Both the position numbers and the translations under genes were made by a program. DNA of 64,000 bases, from assembly GCA_019358915.1 (NCBI GenBank), contig JAHHIM010000065.1, forward strand, positions 192,001 to 256,000, read 5' to 3'. The DNA comes from Trichormus sp. ATA11-4-KO1. Lineage in GTDB: Bacteria > Cyanobacteriota > Cyanobacteriia > Cyanobacteriales > Nostocaceae. Below the pieces are notes generated by a model. It worked only from the letters and a program-made list of their open reading frames with translations. It made no database searches and was not told the DNA's origin. Below are positions 22,590 to 33,466 of the stretch, in pieces (position 1 is the first letter of the stretch; each line of letters starts with the position of its first letter).

Positions 22590-23858
22590 ATGAGCGACGA
22601 ATTTTATCATCGGGGACTAGCAAAGGCTAAACAACAAGACTATACGAGCGCTATTGAGGATTTTAACTATTGTTTACAGCAAACACCTGATTATGCTGAG
22701 GCTTTTTTACAACGGGGTTTGGCTTATTATGACTCAGGTGCTATTCACCAAGCTGTCTCAGATTATACTGAAGCTTTGAGGTTGAATCCCCAGAGTGTGG
22801 AGGCGTATTATTGTCGGGGATTGGCAAGGGTGGCGCTGAAAAATTTGCCGGGGGCGTTGGAGGATGTGGAAAGTGCGATTCGCCTCAATTACTATTATGC
22901 AGCTGCGTATAGTCTGCGGGGGATGGTGCGGCGCAAACAGGGGTTTATTCAAGATGCGATCGCTAATTTTAAAAAGGCGGCAGAATTATATTTAGAGCAA
23001 AAGGATACAGAAAATTGTCGTCTATGTCTAGAAAAAATTAAACAGCTACAACCACCAGCAAAACCAGTTGTCCAGTCACCTAGTTCTACTAGTGCGCCGA
23101 TATTATCGACAAATGCATATTTTACTCAGTTATTAGAAAAAGCCGAAAAAGGAGATACGCGGGAGGCGATCGCAGATTTAAACTGGATACTACAAGCTGA
23201 TCCGCAAGATGCCCAAGCCTATTGCTGTCGGGGAGTGGTACGCTGCAAAATGGGAAAATATCGCGAGGCGATCGCGGATTTTAATCAAGCATTACAATTA
23301 AACTTTCAAGATGCCATAGTTTATCGTAACCGAGGTAAAGCCCGTTCTCTGTTGGGGGATCATCAAGGGGCGATCGCCGATTTTCATCAAGCACTGAAAA
23401 TTCAACCCCAGGATGCTTTAATATATGTTGCTAGAGGTAATGTTTATCGGGTATCTGGTAATTATCTCGATGCCATTCAAGATTATAGTCAAGCACTGCA
23501 AATTAATCCAGATTACGCCCCAGCTTACTATCATCGGGGAATTGCTTATACTTGCTTAGAAGAAATGCAAAATGCTGTGGCAGATTATCAGCAAGCAGCG
23601 AGTATTTTCTGTGAAAATGAAGATTGGGAAAATTACCATCAAGTATTAGAAAGCTTGCAAAAAATCCAGACATTTAGTCCTGAGTCAAAACAGCAGAATC
23701 ACAACTTGCTGCGTCAGCGACTTTTACGGCTGGTGGGGGGATATTGGGAAATTGCTCAAAGGTTAATTGATCAAAAGGAAGAATACTATCCAGGGATGAC
23801 AGATGAATGGTATTTACAAAAAGTAATTGAAGATGTAGAACGCGATCGCGGTCGCTAA
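22590..23858 (+). CDS. tetratricopeptide repeat protein
   Basis: Multiple AYYxRG...AIxDFxxAL repeats. Confidence 0.92.
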   Translation: MSDEFYHRGLAKAKQQDYTSAIEDFNYCLQQTPDYAEAFLQRGLAYYDSGAIHQAVSDYTEALRLNPQSVEAYYCRGLARVALKNLPGALEDVESAIRLNYYYAAAYSLRGMVRRKQGFIQDAIANFKKAAELYLEQKDTENCRLCLEKIKQLQPPAKPVVQSPSSTSAPILSTNAYFTQLLEKAEKGDTREAIADLNWILQADPQDAQAYCCRGVVRCKMGKYREAIADFNQALQLNFQDAIVYRNRGKARSLLGDHQGAIADFHQALKIQPQDALIYVARGNVYRVSGNYLDAIQDYSQALQINPDYAPAYYHRGIAYTCLEEMQNAVADYQQAASIFCENEDWENYHQVLESLQKIQTFSPESKQQNHNLLRQRLLRLVGGYWEIAQRLIDQKEEYYPGMTDEWYLQKVIEDVERDRGR

Positions 23859-23936
23859 AAGCCACCAATAGCACCTGGAGAAGAATGGCGGATCTATCGA
23901 TGGGTTTAATGCGATGGTATGCTACAAAGCAAAATT

Positions 23937-25298
23937 CTAGATACTGGCTGGCTGCTTCTTTTCTGGAGTCTGGTAATGACTGCTATCGTTAACAGTTTTA
24001 TCTTCTAGAAAAGCTTCTCGACCTGTAATCAATCTAGAGCGACGATTACGAGTAATATAATTCCACGCCCACTGAATTACTACTACTAATTTAGTGTCAA
24101 ACTCAATTAAGAAGTAGATGTGAATTAATAGCCAAAATACCCAAGCAATGAACCCTTGGAGTTTGATTAAGCCTAAATCTACAACAGCTAGATTTTGCCC
24201 AATCATCGCCAAACTACCCACATCATTGTAACTAAATTGTGGCAAAGTACGACCTTGCAGCCGTAGTCGAATTAGTCGGGCTACATACTCTCCTTCTTGT
24301 TTAGCTACAGGTGCAACACCAGGTAAAGGTTGACCATTTTGATGAGAGAAGTTGGCTAAATCTCCAACTACAAAAATGTTTTGATAACCCTTAATAGTCA
24401 AGTCTGGTTCTACCATGACACGCCCGGCGCGATCGCATTCTACACCTGTACTGTCTGCTAAAATTTTACCCATTGCCGAAGCTTTTACACCTGCTGCCCA
24501 CAATATAGTTTTTGCAGGAATTTCTTGGACTGCATCACCTTGCTTGAAAGTAACGATGTCGTTTTCAATATTTGTCACCCTGGTGTTAGTTTGGATAACC
24601 ACACCCAACTTTTGCAAAGCAGCTGTTGCTGCTTGAGATAACTCTGGCGCAATGTATCGGAGGATGCGATTGCTCCCTTGCAATAGTAAAATTTTTGCTT
24701 CTGAGGTGTCGATGTTGCGGAAATCTTCTCGGAGAGTTTTGTGTGCCAACTCGGCGATCGCACCTGCTAATTCTACACCAGTGGGGCCACCACCCACAAT
24801 TACAAAAGTCAACAAAGCACGACGTTTTTCCGGATCAGTTTCTCTTTCTGCTGCTTCAAATGCCGAAAATATCCGACGACGTATTTCAATAGCATCTTCA
24901 ACAGTTTTCAAGCCAGGAGCAAAATCTTTCCAGTGGTCTTTACCAAGATAGGAATGATTAGCACCTGTGGCAACAATTAATGTATCATAAGGGATTAATT
25001 TATCACCCACTGTAACTTGTTGCGCTTTGGGATCAATATTATTTACTTCTCCCAACAACACCTGTGTATTCTTACTTTTTCTGAGTACAAATCGCAATGG
25101 TGAGGAAATATCAGCTGGTGATAGTGTACCTGTAGCAACTTGATATAAAAGCGGCTGAAATAGGTGAAAGTTACGTTTATCAATGAGAGTAACATTGACA
25201 TTCGCTTTAGCAAGAGTCTTTGCTGCATACAGTCCACCAAAGCCACCACCAACGATTACAACCTGATGTGGTGCATTCTTTTCGAGTGAGGCTACCAT
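23937..25298 (-). CDS. type II NAD(P)H dehydrogenase (NDH-2)
   Basis: GGGFGG, FQPLLYQVATG, GGGPTGVELAG and LPGVAPVAKQEG. Confidence 0.92.
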   Translation of the reverse strand: MVASLEKNAPHQVVIVGGGFGGLYAAKTLAKANVNVTLIDKRNFHLFQPLLYQVATGTLSPADISSPLRFVLRKSKNTQVLLGEVNNIDPKAQQVTVGDKLIPYDTLIVATGANHSYLGKDHWKDFAPGLKTVEDAIEIRRRIFSAFEAAERETDPEKRRALLTFVIVGGGPTGVELAGAIAELAHKTLREDFRNIDTSEAKILLLQGSNRILRYIAPELSQAATAALQKLGVVIQTNTRVTNIENDIVTFKQGDAVQEIPAKTILWAAGVKASAMGKILADSTGVECDRAGRVMVEPDLTIKGYQNIFVVGDLANFSHQNGQPLPGVAPVAKQEGEYVARLIRLRLQGRTLPQFSYNDVGSLAMIGQNLAVVDLGLIKLQGFIAWVFWLLIHIYFLIEFDTKLVVVIQWAWNYITRNRRSRLITGREAFLEDKTVNDSSHYQTPEKKQPASI

Positions 25299-25457
25299 AA
25301 TAATATTTCCTGTGTTAAGAGAGTTGTAACTATTCTTAACAAGAATGTAACAAAAACATGCGAAATGTTACCGTTTATTTAGAACATTTGCAAAAATAAT
25401 AAAAGTAGTCAAAGTTATCTTAAAGAAATATCAAGTATGTGGTTGAAAAAAACTACC

Positions 25458-28094
25458 CTACTCATCTATATTTTGCAGCCCCATCGCAATCTTACTATGC
25501 TTCTCAATCTGACCCATAACTTGTTTTGCCCGTTGAATCACCACATCTGGTAAACCCGCCAAACGTCCCGCTTCAATTCCATAGGATTTATCTGCACCCC
25601 CCGGATGAACTTGGTGCAAAAAGATAATTTGGTCGGGTAATTCTTTCACAGTCACTTGATAATTAGCGACATTCGGTAGAATGCTAGCCAGTTCATTTAA
25701 CTCATGATAATGAGTGGCAAAAATCGTCCGCGCCCGAATCTCTACAGCTATATACTCTGCTACCGCCCAAGCAATCGAAAGACCATCAAATGTGGCGGTT
25801 CCTCGGCCAATTTCATCTAACAACACCAATGACCTAGAAGTAGCATGATTGAGAATATTCGCCGTTTCATTCATCTCCACCATAAAAGTAGATTGACCAG
25901 TTGCCAAATCATCAACTGCACCTACACGAGTGAAAATGCGATCGCACACTCCCAACTTAGCAAACCTCGCCGGCACAAAACTACCAATTTGCGCCATTAA
26001 CTGAATCAACCCCACCTGACGCAAATAACAACTCTTACCACTAGCATTCGGCCCAGTCAGAATTACTAAATCCGGCTTCTCCTGTGCGTCCTCTGCACCT
26101 TCTCTTCGAGACGCTTCGCGTTCGCGTAGCGTTCCGAAGGAAAGGCGGTTCGTTTCCTCACTCCCCAACTGAGTTGAATTCGGCACAAAAAACCCCGACG
26201 GTAAAGACTGTTCCACCACCGGATGACGACCATCCACAATCATAATTTCCCGCCCTGAAACCATCTCTGGACAACAGTAACCTTGCTGTACGGCCAACTC
26301 AGCCAAGCCACACAACACATCCGCCGCCGCCACAGCACGAGAAAGATTACGAATGACCTCAGCCTGTTCCCCTACCTCTTCCCGCAACTCCACAAAAATT
26401 TCATATTCCAACTGATTTAAATCATCCCGCGCTGTGAGAATCCGCGCTTCTCGTTCCTTCAACTCTGGGGTGATATAACGTTCCTCATTGGTCAAGGTTT
26501 GCTTACGGATGTAATTAGACGGTACTTGGTCAGATTTAGCACGGGAAATACTAATGTAGTAACCAAAGGTTTTATTAAATCCTACCTTCAAAGTAGGAAC
26601 TCCTGTTCTCGCCCGTTCATCAACTTCTAAATTGGCAATCCATTGTTGGTCTGACTCTACCGTGGCCTTTCTCTCATCCAACATGGGATTGATCCCCGAA
26701 CGAATTAACCCCCCTTCTTTAATATGTATCGGCGGTGATTCTACTAAATGGGCGTGTAATTTTTGTGCCAATTCTGATAATACAGTTGGGACTTTTTGCA
26801 AAGCTTTCAAAAAAGGCGATCGCGCATCAGCTACTAAGAGCGATAATTCTGGTAAGCGGGACAGGGAATCCGCCAAAGCCACTAAATCTTTAGCATTAGC
26901 AGTTCCCGAACCAGCCCTACCTGTCAACCGTTCCAAGTCGTAAATCTGCCGTAATAATTGCCGCAAATCCTGACGCAGAGGTGTATTTTCCATCAATTCT
27001 TGGATGGTGTCTTGCCGCGCCCGAATGCCTTTAATATCGAGTAGCGGTTGTAATAACCACCGCCGCAACGCCCGTCCTCCCATTGCTGTGCTAGTTCTAT
27101 TTAATGCCCACAACAAAGAACCATGAAATGTACCATCGCGGACTGTTTGCGTAATTTCCAGGTTACGTCGGGTTTGACTATCAACAATCAAATAATCAGT
27201 AATGGTATAGGTGCGTAACCTTTGCAACGAAACAGTGTTTTCTTTTTGGGTATCTTCTACATATTCCAACAAACCCCCAGCCGCCCGCACAGCCAGAGGA
27301 AGATGATCACAACCGAGTCCTTCGAGCGATCGCACTTTAAATTTCTGCAATAATGTGGATCTGGCTTCGGCTTGGGAAAACGGCACTTGCGATCGCAAAC
27401 TATAACAAAATGATGGTGGTAAACATTGAGGGAGATGGGGCGAAGTTTCTCCAGGACGCAGCAAACTACCTAAATCAGGGGCGTTCGTAGGAACCAGCAC
27501 CTCGGCAGGTTGCAACCGCATTAATTCCTGAGTTAAATGTTCTAAATCACTACCTTGCGTAGTTAGGAATTCTCCGGTAGAGATATCTGCATAAGCTAAA
27601 CCCCAGTGATTTACCGCAATTACCACAGCCGCTAAGTAATTATTGCGACTAGATTTTAGCATTCCCTCTTCCAGCAAAGTACCAGGTGTGAGGATACGTG
27701 TCACCTCACGCCTTACCAAACCCACAGCTTCAGATGAGTCTTCTACTTGGTCGCAAATTACCACTGCGTAGCCTTTTTCTACCAATTGGGTAGTGTAGCG
27801 TTCCCAGGCGTGATGAGGTACACCAGTCATAGCTACACGACCAACTTCGCCGCCGTGTTTGCTGGTAAGTACGAGTTCCAATTCTCTAGATACAGTTACA
27901 GCATCTTGGAAAAAAGTTTCAAAAAAATCTCCCACCCGATACAGCAGTAAAGCATGAGGATACTTATCCTTGACTTCCACATAATGCTGGTACATCTTAC
28001 TCAGCTTACTGCGGTCTACCAATTTAGTATCGGCGTGAGGCGTATCAGGTTTATTGGGTTCCGTTGGTTGAGATTCAGAATGAGAAGCGGTCAT
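25458..28094 (-). CDS. mutS: DNA mismatch repair protein MutS
   Basis: [24 protein letters not shown] and DEIGRGT; small repeat-derived insert before Walker A. Confidence 0.97.
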   Translation of the reverse strand: MTASHSESQPTEPNKPDTPHADTKLVDRSKLSKMYQHYVEVKDKYPHALLLYRVGDFFETFFQDAVTVSRELELVLTSKHGGEVGRVAMTGVPHHAWERYTTQLVEKGYAVVICDQVEDSSEAVGLVRREVTRILTPGTLLEEGMLKSSRNNYLAAVVIAVNHWGLAYADISTGEFLTTQGSDLEHLTQELMRLQPAEVLVPTNAPDLGSLLRPGETSPHLPQCLPPSFCYSLRSQVPFSQAEARSTLLQKFKVRSLEGLGCDHLPLAVRAAGGLLEYVEDTQKENTVSLQRLRTYTITDYLIVDSQTRRNLEITQTVRDGTFHGSLLWALNRTSTAMGGRALRRWLLQPLLDIKGIRARQDTIQELMENTPLRQDLRQLLRQIYDLERLTGRAGSGTANAKDLVALADSLSRLPELSLLVADARSPFLKALQKVPTVLSELAQKLHAHLVESPPIHIKEGGLIRSGINPMLDERKATVESDQQWIANLEVDERARTGVPTLKVGFNKTFGYYISISRAKSDQVPSNYIRKQTLTNEERYITPELKEREARILTARDDLNQLEYEIFVELREEVGEQAEVIRNLSRAVAAADVLCGLAELAVQQGYCCPEMVSGREIMIVDGRHPVVEQSLPSGFFVPNSTQLGSEETNRLSFGTLREREASRREGAEDAQEKPDLVILTGPNASGKSCYLRQVGLIQLMAQIGSFVPARFAKLGVCDRIFTRVGAVDDLATGQSTFMVEMNETANILNHATSRSLVLLDEIGRGTATFDGLSIAWAVAEYIAVEIRARTIFATHYHELNELASILPNVANYQVTVKELPDQIIFLHQVHPGGADKSYGIEAGRLAGLPDVVIQRAKQVMGQIEKHSKIAMGLQNIDE

Positions 28095-28262
28095 AAGTAG
28101 ATGCTAGGAGTTACGCACGGAAAAGCCACAATATCCGATGATAACGTGATGTGAAAATTTAGGGGCGATCGCTCAAAGTTTTGTTATCTTCTCGGTTAGA
28201 GTTGTAAATAGGCGAACTGACAAGTCAGTGCTGGCGCTATCGCAGTTTCAGGAAGTGTTGAG

Positions 28263-28868
28263 ATGAGTATCCCACTTTTAGAGCAGCCGACAACAGAAAA
28301 ATTGGTTACTTTGCGCGGTATTTCTTGGGAACAGTTCAAAATTATCTCAGCACAGTTAGAGAATAATCGAGAAGTCCGCTTAACTTATTTAGCAGGAGTG
28401 ATGGAAATTATGTCTCCTGTAGGAGATAAGCATGAGTATGTAAAAACAACTCTCGGTTATTTGTTAGAAGCTTACATGAGAGAATTGGGTATCCGCTTCT
28501 ACGGTCGCGGTGGTTTTACTCTGGAAGAACCGGGGTATGCTTCTGGTACACCTGATGAATCTTACTATATTGGCAGCAATAAAGAAACGCCAGATATTGT
28601 AATTGAAGTTATTGTCACCAGTGGGACAATTAACAGAAAGGAGTTATACAAACCTTCTAAAGTACCTGAAGTTTGGTTCTGGAAGTCTAACCGGATACAA
28701 ATATTTCGTTTGCATCAGTCTGGTGAGTATGAACAAGTAGACCGAAGTGAGTTTTTCCCTGATTTAGACCCAACGTTACTGTTGCGTTACCTCACTATGC
28801 CTGACCAGTATGATGCTGTGCAAGAATTTGTGCAGGTTATCCGCAATCAACAACAAAGTCGGGAATAA
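28263..28868 (+). CDS. Uma2 family (PD-(D/E)xK) endonuclease-like protein
   Basis: ISWEQF, EIMSP, PDESY, PDIVIEV and VPEVWFW. Confidence 0.9.
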   Translation: MSIPLLEQPTTEKLVTLRGISWEQFKIISAQLENNREVRLTYLAGVMEIMSPVGDKHEYVKTTLGYLLEAYMRELGIRFYGRGGFTLEEPGYASGTPDESYYIGSNKETPDIVIEVIVTSGTINRKELYKPSKVPEVWFWKSNRIQIFRLHQSGEYEQVDRSEFFPDLDPTLLLRYLTMPDQYDAVQEFVQVIRNQQQSRE

Positions 28869-28883
28869 TCGCTCAAGGTTTTG

Positions 28884-29408
28884 TCATGCTTTCCTGCGAC
28901 TGCTGCGGCGTGTGGGTGGTGGAGTGATTGGTTCATAAGCTTTCAAGCCTTGATCACCCGTGAAAATTTCTACTTTCAAGGTGCTACTGGTTTTAGCATA
29001 ATACTCGGCTACCGTCTTAATTGTTGCATCTCCAATAGAAATCTTTCTAGATGCTAGAATAGGCCATTCAGTAGCCAACTGTTTCAATTGTTCTGAACTC
29101 CACAGTTCATCCACTTCAGTTGTAAAAACTTTCCAAGGGATAACTCCATCTGCTACTTTCACTAAAATATCAGCAAAAGCTTGAGCAATTTCATATCGTC
29201 TAGAATTAGCTTGTGCTATGTGATTACCAGTTTCTATAATTGTCGCTAGTGGTAGTATAAACTGCGTACCTTGTTCCTTTTCTAGTTGAAAACATGATTC
29301 AACCCTGTTTTTATCCCATTTGTCATTATCAGTACCACAAGTTTCTTTACCAGGAACATTTAAATAAACGCAAAGTATTGATGTGTCAATAATCAGAACC
29401 TTGTTCAT
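28884..29408 (-). CDS. PIN-domain protein, putative nuclease partner of the upstream ATPase
   Basis: Acidic tetrad pattern IIDTS / IIETGN / SIGDATI / TGDQGL; start overlaps the ATPase stop (ATGA). Confidence 0.7.
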   Translation of the reverse strand: MNKVLIIDTSILCVYLNVPGKETCGTDNDKWDKNRVESCFQLEKEQGTQFILPLATIIETGNHIAQANSRRYEIAQAFADILVKVADGVIPWKVFTTEVDELWSSEQLKQLATEWPILASRKISIGDATIKTVAEYYAKTSSTLKVEIFTGDQGLKAYEPITPPPTRRSSRRKA

Positions 29409-30676
29409 ATTCTCTGGTTCTTCTTATCAGAGAGGCTTCTTTCAATTGCTCCTTTGGTTGCTAGTCTACCCAAAGTACCTGATGCTAGTAAAAGAGGAAG
29501 ATTATCAATCTCTTCTAAAATAGAGAGTTTACTTTCTCCTGTTTCTGAATCTCGATGTGCAACAACTACAAATGGCACTATTTCCGGGCCTAAAGCATCT
29601 AGTAAAGCTGGATTGTGAGTGGTAAGTAAAATATCAATATTTCTTTTGCTGCCAATTTCTCGGAGGATTTTAACTAGCAAATTTGCACGGGAAGGATGCA
29701 AACCATTATCTATTTCCTCAATAACAAGTTGGCTGCCTTCAGGTCGTGTAAGTAGTGCTGTAAGAATTGCTAGAAATCGTAAAGTTCCATCTGACATACT
29801 TCTAGCATCAATTTCTGTGATTTCTCCAGGTTTCCACTCTTCTTGACAGTAAAGCATGGCATCTGTGCCAAATCTACCTACTTTTTCTGCCCAGACTTTT
29901 TTAATATCGCCTTCTGGTAAATCTTTGATGTATGTAGATAAAATTGATTCTATTTTTAATTTTTGCTCTTCAGGTAATGCTGCTAGTACACCGGCTATAT
30001 TTGAAGCATCACTTTCAAGCTTATTAGAAATTTGTGAATAATTACGCATTTTAGAAGGTACAGGGTTTAGAATTAAAAGTTGTTCTAAAGTGGAAATAAT
30101 CAAATTAGTTACTTTGTCTTTCAAAGGAAAATAATAATTATTTAATATCTCTACAGTGTCCTTATCTAGTAGTAAATTTGCTTTAGAAAATTGCTTTAAT
30201 TCCATGAATTCTTTAACAGAAATCTTAATACTAAGAGCTTTTAAACCACTTTTATTAGGAAAATTAAATTTTTTTATATAAAAGACTTGTGCTTGCTCAA
30301 TTTCACTATTTTCGTGTAAAAATTGAAATTCAATGTATTCTTCTATCACTCTCACTTCAGGTATTGTTTGTATTTGAATAACATATAAATAATCTGTTGT
30401 TTCCTCCTCACCCTGAACTAGCACTTTTAATGTGAATTGAGTTACCGGTTTACGTGCAGCCCACTCTACACCACCGCGAATAGAAGCAAGTGTTTTATCA
30501 CCTGCTAAAGCAGCTTCAATATTTTCGCCTTGCGCTATTCTCTGTAAAAATTCCAAAGCTTCAACCACATTAGATTTACCACTGGCATTTGTCCCAATTA
30601 AAACAGTTAATGGGTCAAGTGGAAGTTCTGCATAACGGAAACTTTTCCAATTTTCTAGGATGAGTTGCTTCAGCAT
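29405..30676 (-). CDS. ABC-type (AAA_21/AAA_15-like) ATPase without TM domains
   Basis: Walker A GTNASGKS, signature MSDGT, Walker B LVIEEIDNGLHP, H-loop LTTHNP. Confidence 0.9.
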   Translation of the reverse strand: MLKQLILENWKSFRYAELPLDPLTVLIGTNASGKSNVVEALEFLQRIAQGENIEAALAGDKTLASIRGGVEWAARKPVTQFTLKVLVQGEEETTDYLYVIQIQTIPEVRVIEEYIEFQFLHENSEIEQAQVFYIKKFNFPNKSGLKALSIKISVKEFMELKQFSKANLLLDKDTVEILNNYYFPLKDKVTNLIISTLEQLLILNPVPSKMRNYSQISNKLESDASNIAGVLAALPEEQKLKIESILSTYIKDLPEGDIKKVWAEKVGRFGTDAMLYCQEEWKPGEITEIDARSMSDGTLRFLAILTALLTRPEGSQLVIEEIDNGLHPSRANLLVKILREIGSKRNIDILLTTHNPALLDALGPEIVPFVVVAHRDSETGESKLSILEEIDNLPLLLASGTLGRLATKGAIERSLSDKKNQRI

Positions 30677-30798
30677 GACCCACTCCAAAACTCTAAAATT
30701 TTAGTTCTCTTATTTAGTTAATATAAACCGAAAAACAAAAAGCCAGCAGATAGAATAACTCTATCTTACTGGCTACATTAAGCTAAATTGTGGAAAAT

Positions 30799-32427
30799 TT
30801 ATGCTTCTGGTGGTAAATCTTGGCTATAGATAATTTGCCCAGCTAAATTACGCAGTGTTACCGTCATCACTTTGGTATAAGCATCAATCTTGACTCCACC
30901 AAAGAATTGTAAACCTTCACTGGGGGGTCGATTTGGTCTCATCCCTGGAGGATTACTTTGGAACATTAATTGTGGGCCAAAGGTATTCTCTAATTGTCCT
31001 GGGCCAAATGTCCCGGAATTGAGAGGCCCGGCGACAAACTCCCAGAACGGCTTGAAGTCTTGAAACTGTGCTTTATTGGGGTCGTAATAGTGTGCTGCTG
31101 CATAATGTACATCAGCAGTTAACCAAACAACGTTTTTAATATTCCTGTTTTTGATAAATCGTAGCAAGTCAGCTATTTCTAATTCTCTTCCCAAGGGGCG
31201 ACCATTATCTGCGTTAGCCCAAGCTTCAAAAGCGGTAGCACCATCTCGAACTATTAACCCCAAAGGCATATCACTAGCAATTACTTTCCATGTTGCTTTT
31301 GATTTCAGCAATTGCACTTTTAACCATTGTACTTGTGATTTGCCCAGCATATCTGTTTCGTCACTTTGCACAGGTTGAAGATTTTCACTGTTTGGCCCTC
31401 GATGAGTGCGTTCATCCAACATGAAAATATCAAGTAATGGGCCATGTTGGAAGGAGCGATAAATTCTCGATCTGTCGGCATCAAATCTTGTTTTATAGCG
31501 AATGGGCATATACTCAAAAAATGCTTGTCTTGCCCTTTGTGCTAACAAGTTAACATCTTTGATTATATAGCGGTCATCGTTGAGAAGAAATTCGCCAGGA
31601 TACCAGTTGTTTGTGGTTTCGTGGTCGTCCCATTGCGCCAACATCGGCACTTCAGCGTTAAAACGCTTCACATTTTCATCCAGCAAATTGTATTTATAAT
31701 TACCACGAAATTCTGTGAGCGTTTCTGCTACTTTTGATTTTTCTTCGATGGTGATGTTTCGCCAGATTGTGCCATCATCTAATGTTCTTTCTGCTTCGAT
31801 GGGATTATCAGCATAAACAGTATCACCAGAATGAATGAAAAAGTCAGGATTAAGTTGACGCATGGTTTCGTAAATTTTCATCCCACCGAAATCGGGATTA
31901 ATCCCCCATCCTTGACCTGCTGTATCTCCACTCCAAACAAAGAAAATATCTCGTCCAATTATGGGAGGTGTGCGGAATGTACCGCTTACAGGTTCGCTGT
32001 AGACGTTTTGATAGTCTAAATCTTGGAAACTTACCCGATAGAATATTTGTTGGTCTGGAGGTAAGTTTTGGAGAGTAAATCGAGCTGTAAAATCGTTATC
32101 TTCTAAAGCCCTGGGGCCAAAAACACGCCGTACATTGCTAAAAGATTCACTGGTGGAATATTCAATTAACATTCTGGCAGGGCGATCGCTGCGACTCCAA
32201 ATGACGATACTATTATCGCTGATATCTCCACTGGCAATGCCATAAGGTATGCTAGGGCGCATTTTGTCAGAGGTAATAATTCCAGGTGCTTGTCCAAAAA
32301 CTGGTGATTTTGATACAAGATTGGTAGTAATAATTCCACCTGCGGTCACAGCAGAATTTAGTAAAAACTGGCGGCGGTTAAACTTCAATGGATTATTGGA
32401 TTTCATACTCATTATTAGCAAACTCAA
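30799..32427 (-). CDS. phoD: alkaline phosphatase D, Tat-exported
   Basis: NRRQFL Tat motif, HSGDTVYAD, WDDHE and TADVH; start may be a few codons downstream. Confidence 0.92.
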   Translation of the reverse strand: MSLLIMSMKSNNPLKFNRRQFLLNSAVTAGGIITTNLVSKSPVFGQAPGIITSDKMRPSIPYGIASGDISDNSIVIWSRSDRPARMLIEYSTSESFSNVRRVFGPRALEDNDFTARFTLQNLPPDQQIFYRVSFQDLDYQNVYSEPVSGTFRTPPIIGRDIFFVWSGDTAGQGWGINPDFGGMKIYETMRQLNPDFFIHSGDTVYADNPIEAERTLDDGTIWRNITIEEKSKVAETLTEFRGNYKYNLLDENVKRFNAEVPMLAQWDDHETTNNWYPGEFLLNDDRYIIKDVNLLAQRARQAFFEYMPIRYKTRFDADRSRIYRSFQHGPLLDIFMLDERTHRGPNSENLQPVQSDETDMLGKSQVQWLKVQLLKSKATWKVIASDMPLGLIVRDGATAFEAWANADNGRPLGRELEIADLLRFIKNRNIKNVVWLTADVHYAAAHYYDPNKAQFQDFKPFWEFVAGPLNSGTFGPGQLENTFGPQLMFQSNPPGMRPNRPPSEGLQFFGGVKIDAYTKVMTVTLRNLAGQIIYSQDLPPEA

Positions 32428-32484
32428 ACAAAGTCATACAAAATAGGTAAATACCACATTCTGTAATACCAATGAGTAAAGCTT

Positions 32485-32514
32485 AAGTTATCCAAAGGTT
32501 ATAAAAAGGTTGTT
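32485..32514 (-). promoter_or_regulatory. putative SphR (PhoB) Pho box, three 11-bp-periodic repeats
   Basis: Minus strand AACAACCT-ttt-TATAACCT-ttg-GATAACTT upstream of phoD; resembles the cyanobacterial PyTTAAPyPy(T/A) box. Confidence 0.55.
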
Positions 32515-32760
32515 ATATTATTGTTAAAATAATAAATAATTAATTAAAATTAAAGCTATTATATCAATTTAATTTCAGCTTAAATCTGCTGCAACTTTCT
32601 GATTTACGCGCTCAAAACTCCAATTATTACCAGCAGTTTATTTACCAGGAAATTGTAAACAAACGCATAAAAATGCTGTCAGAATGAGTTGCTTAAGCAT
32701 GACCAACCCTACAAACTTTAACAACATACTATTCCTCTTTCCACCCACTTCATCTTAAAA

Positions 32761-32940
32761 CTCTGCGCTCCTCCGCGTTTCCCTCCGCGCACGACAGTCG
32801 CTACAAGTCGGCAAAGCCTTATGCCTACGGCACGCTACGCGGTAAGCGCAGCTATGCCCGTTAGGGCTTTACGGCAGTTCCTCTTTGGGGAAACCACCAA
32901 GACCGGACTGCCTCACCAACGAGCTGTCTCCCCTTTGCGT
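32761..32940. repeat. cluster of nested GC-rich small dispersed repeats
   Basis: GC-rich palindromic modules (e.g. GCCTACGGCACGCTACGCG, CAGTCGCTACAAGTCGGC) in an AT-rich intergenic region. Confidence 0.6.
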
Positions 32941-33034
32941 TAAAACTCCATCTTCAACCTCCCCATAAGCCAACTATCTGTCATATCCTTAAATAAAACT
33001 AGCAGTCAGGAAATCAACACCAATACCTGGTATT

Positions 33035-33466
33035 TTGCTACGATCGCTATCTTATTGTAGGAACTATGCTAGTAGTAAATTGATTGGGAATATGTTGACC
33101 AAACGCAAAAGTCGCAGCATCGCCGCAATTTTAGCTTTATCCGGTACGTTGACAATTTCCGGATTACATAAATTTTATCTGGGACAGCCGTTGTGGGGCA
33201 TCTTGTACGTCTTACTCTCCTGGACGCCTATCCCCAAAGTAGCAAGCGCCATTGAGGGAGTTTGGTACTTAGCACAAGATGAAGAAGCATTTGATCGTCA
33301 TTTTAATTTAGGTAAGTCAGCAGTTAGGAATGCACAGCAAACGGGTAATCAGGTAAGTGCGATCGCTGAGGCTTTGCGTGAATTAGATACTCTGCGCCAA
33401 GATGGACTGATTTCTGAGTACGAATTTGAGCAAAAGCGCCGCCAGCTGCTAGACCAAATCTCTTGA
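33035..33466 (+). CDS. TM2/NINE membrane protein with C-terminal SHOCT domain
   Basis: GLHKFYLG and LRQDGLISEYEFEQKRRQLL; likely start MLTKRK at about 33092. Confidence 0.85.
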   Translation: MLRSLSYCRNYASSKLIGNMLTKRKSRSIAAILALSGTLTISGLHKFYLGQPLWGILYVLLSWTPIPKVASAIEGVWYLAQDEEAFDRHFNLGKSAVRNAQQTGNQVSAIAEALRELDTLRQDGLISEYEFEQKRRQLLDQIS

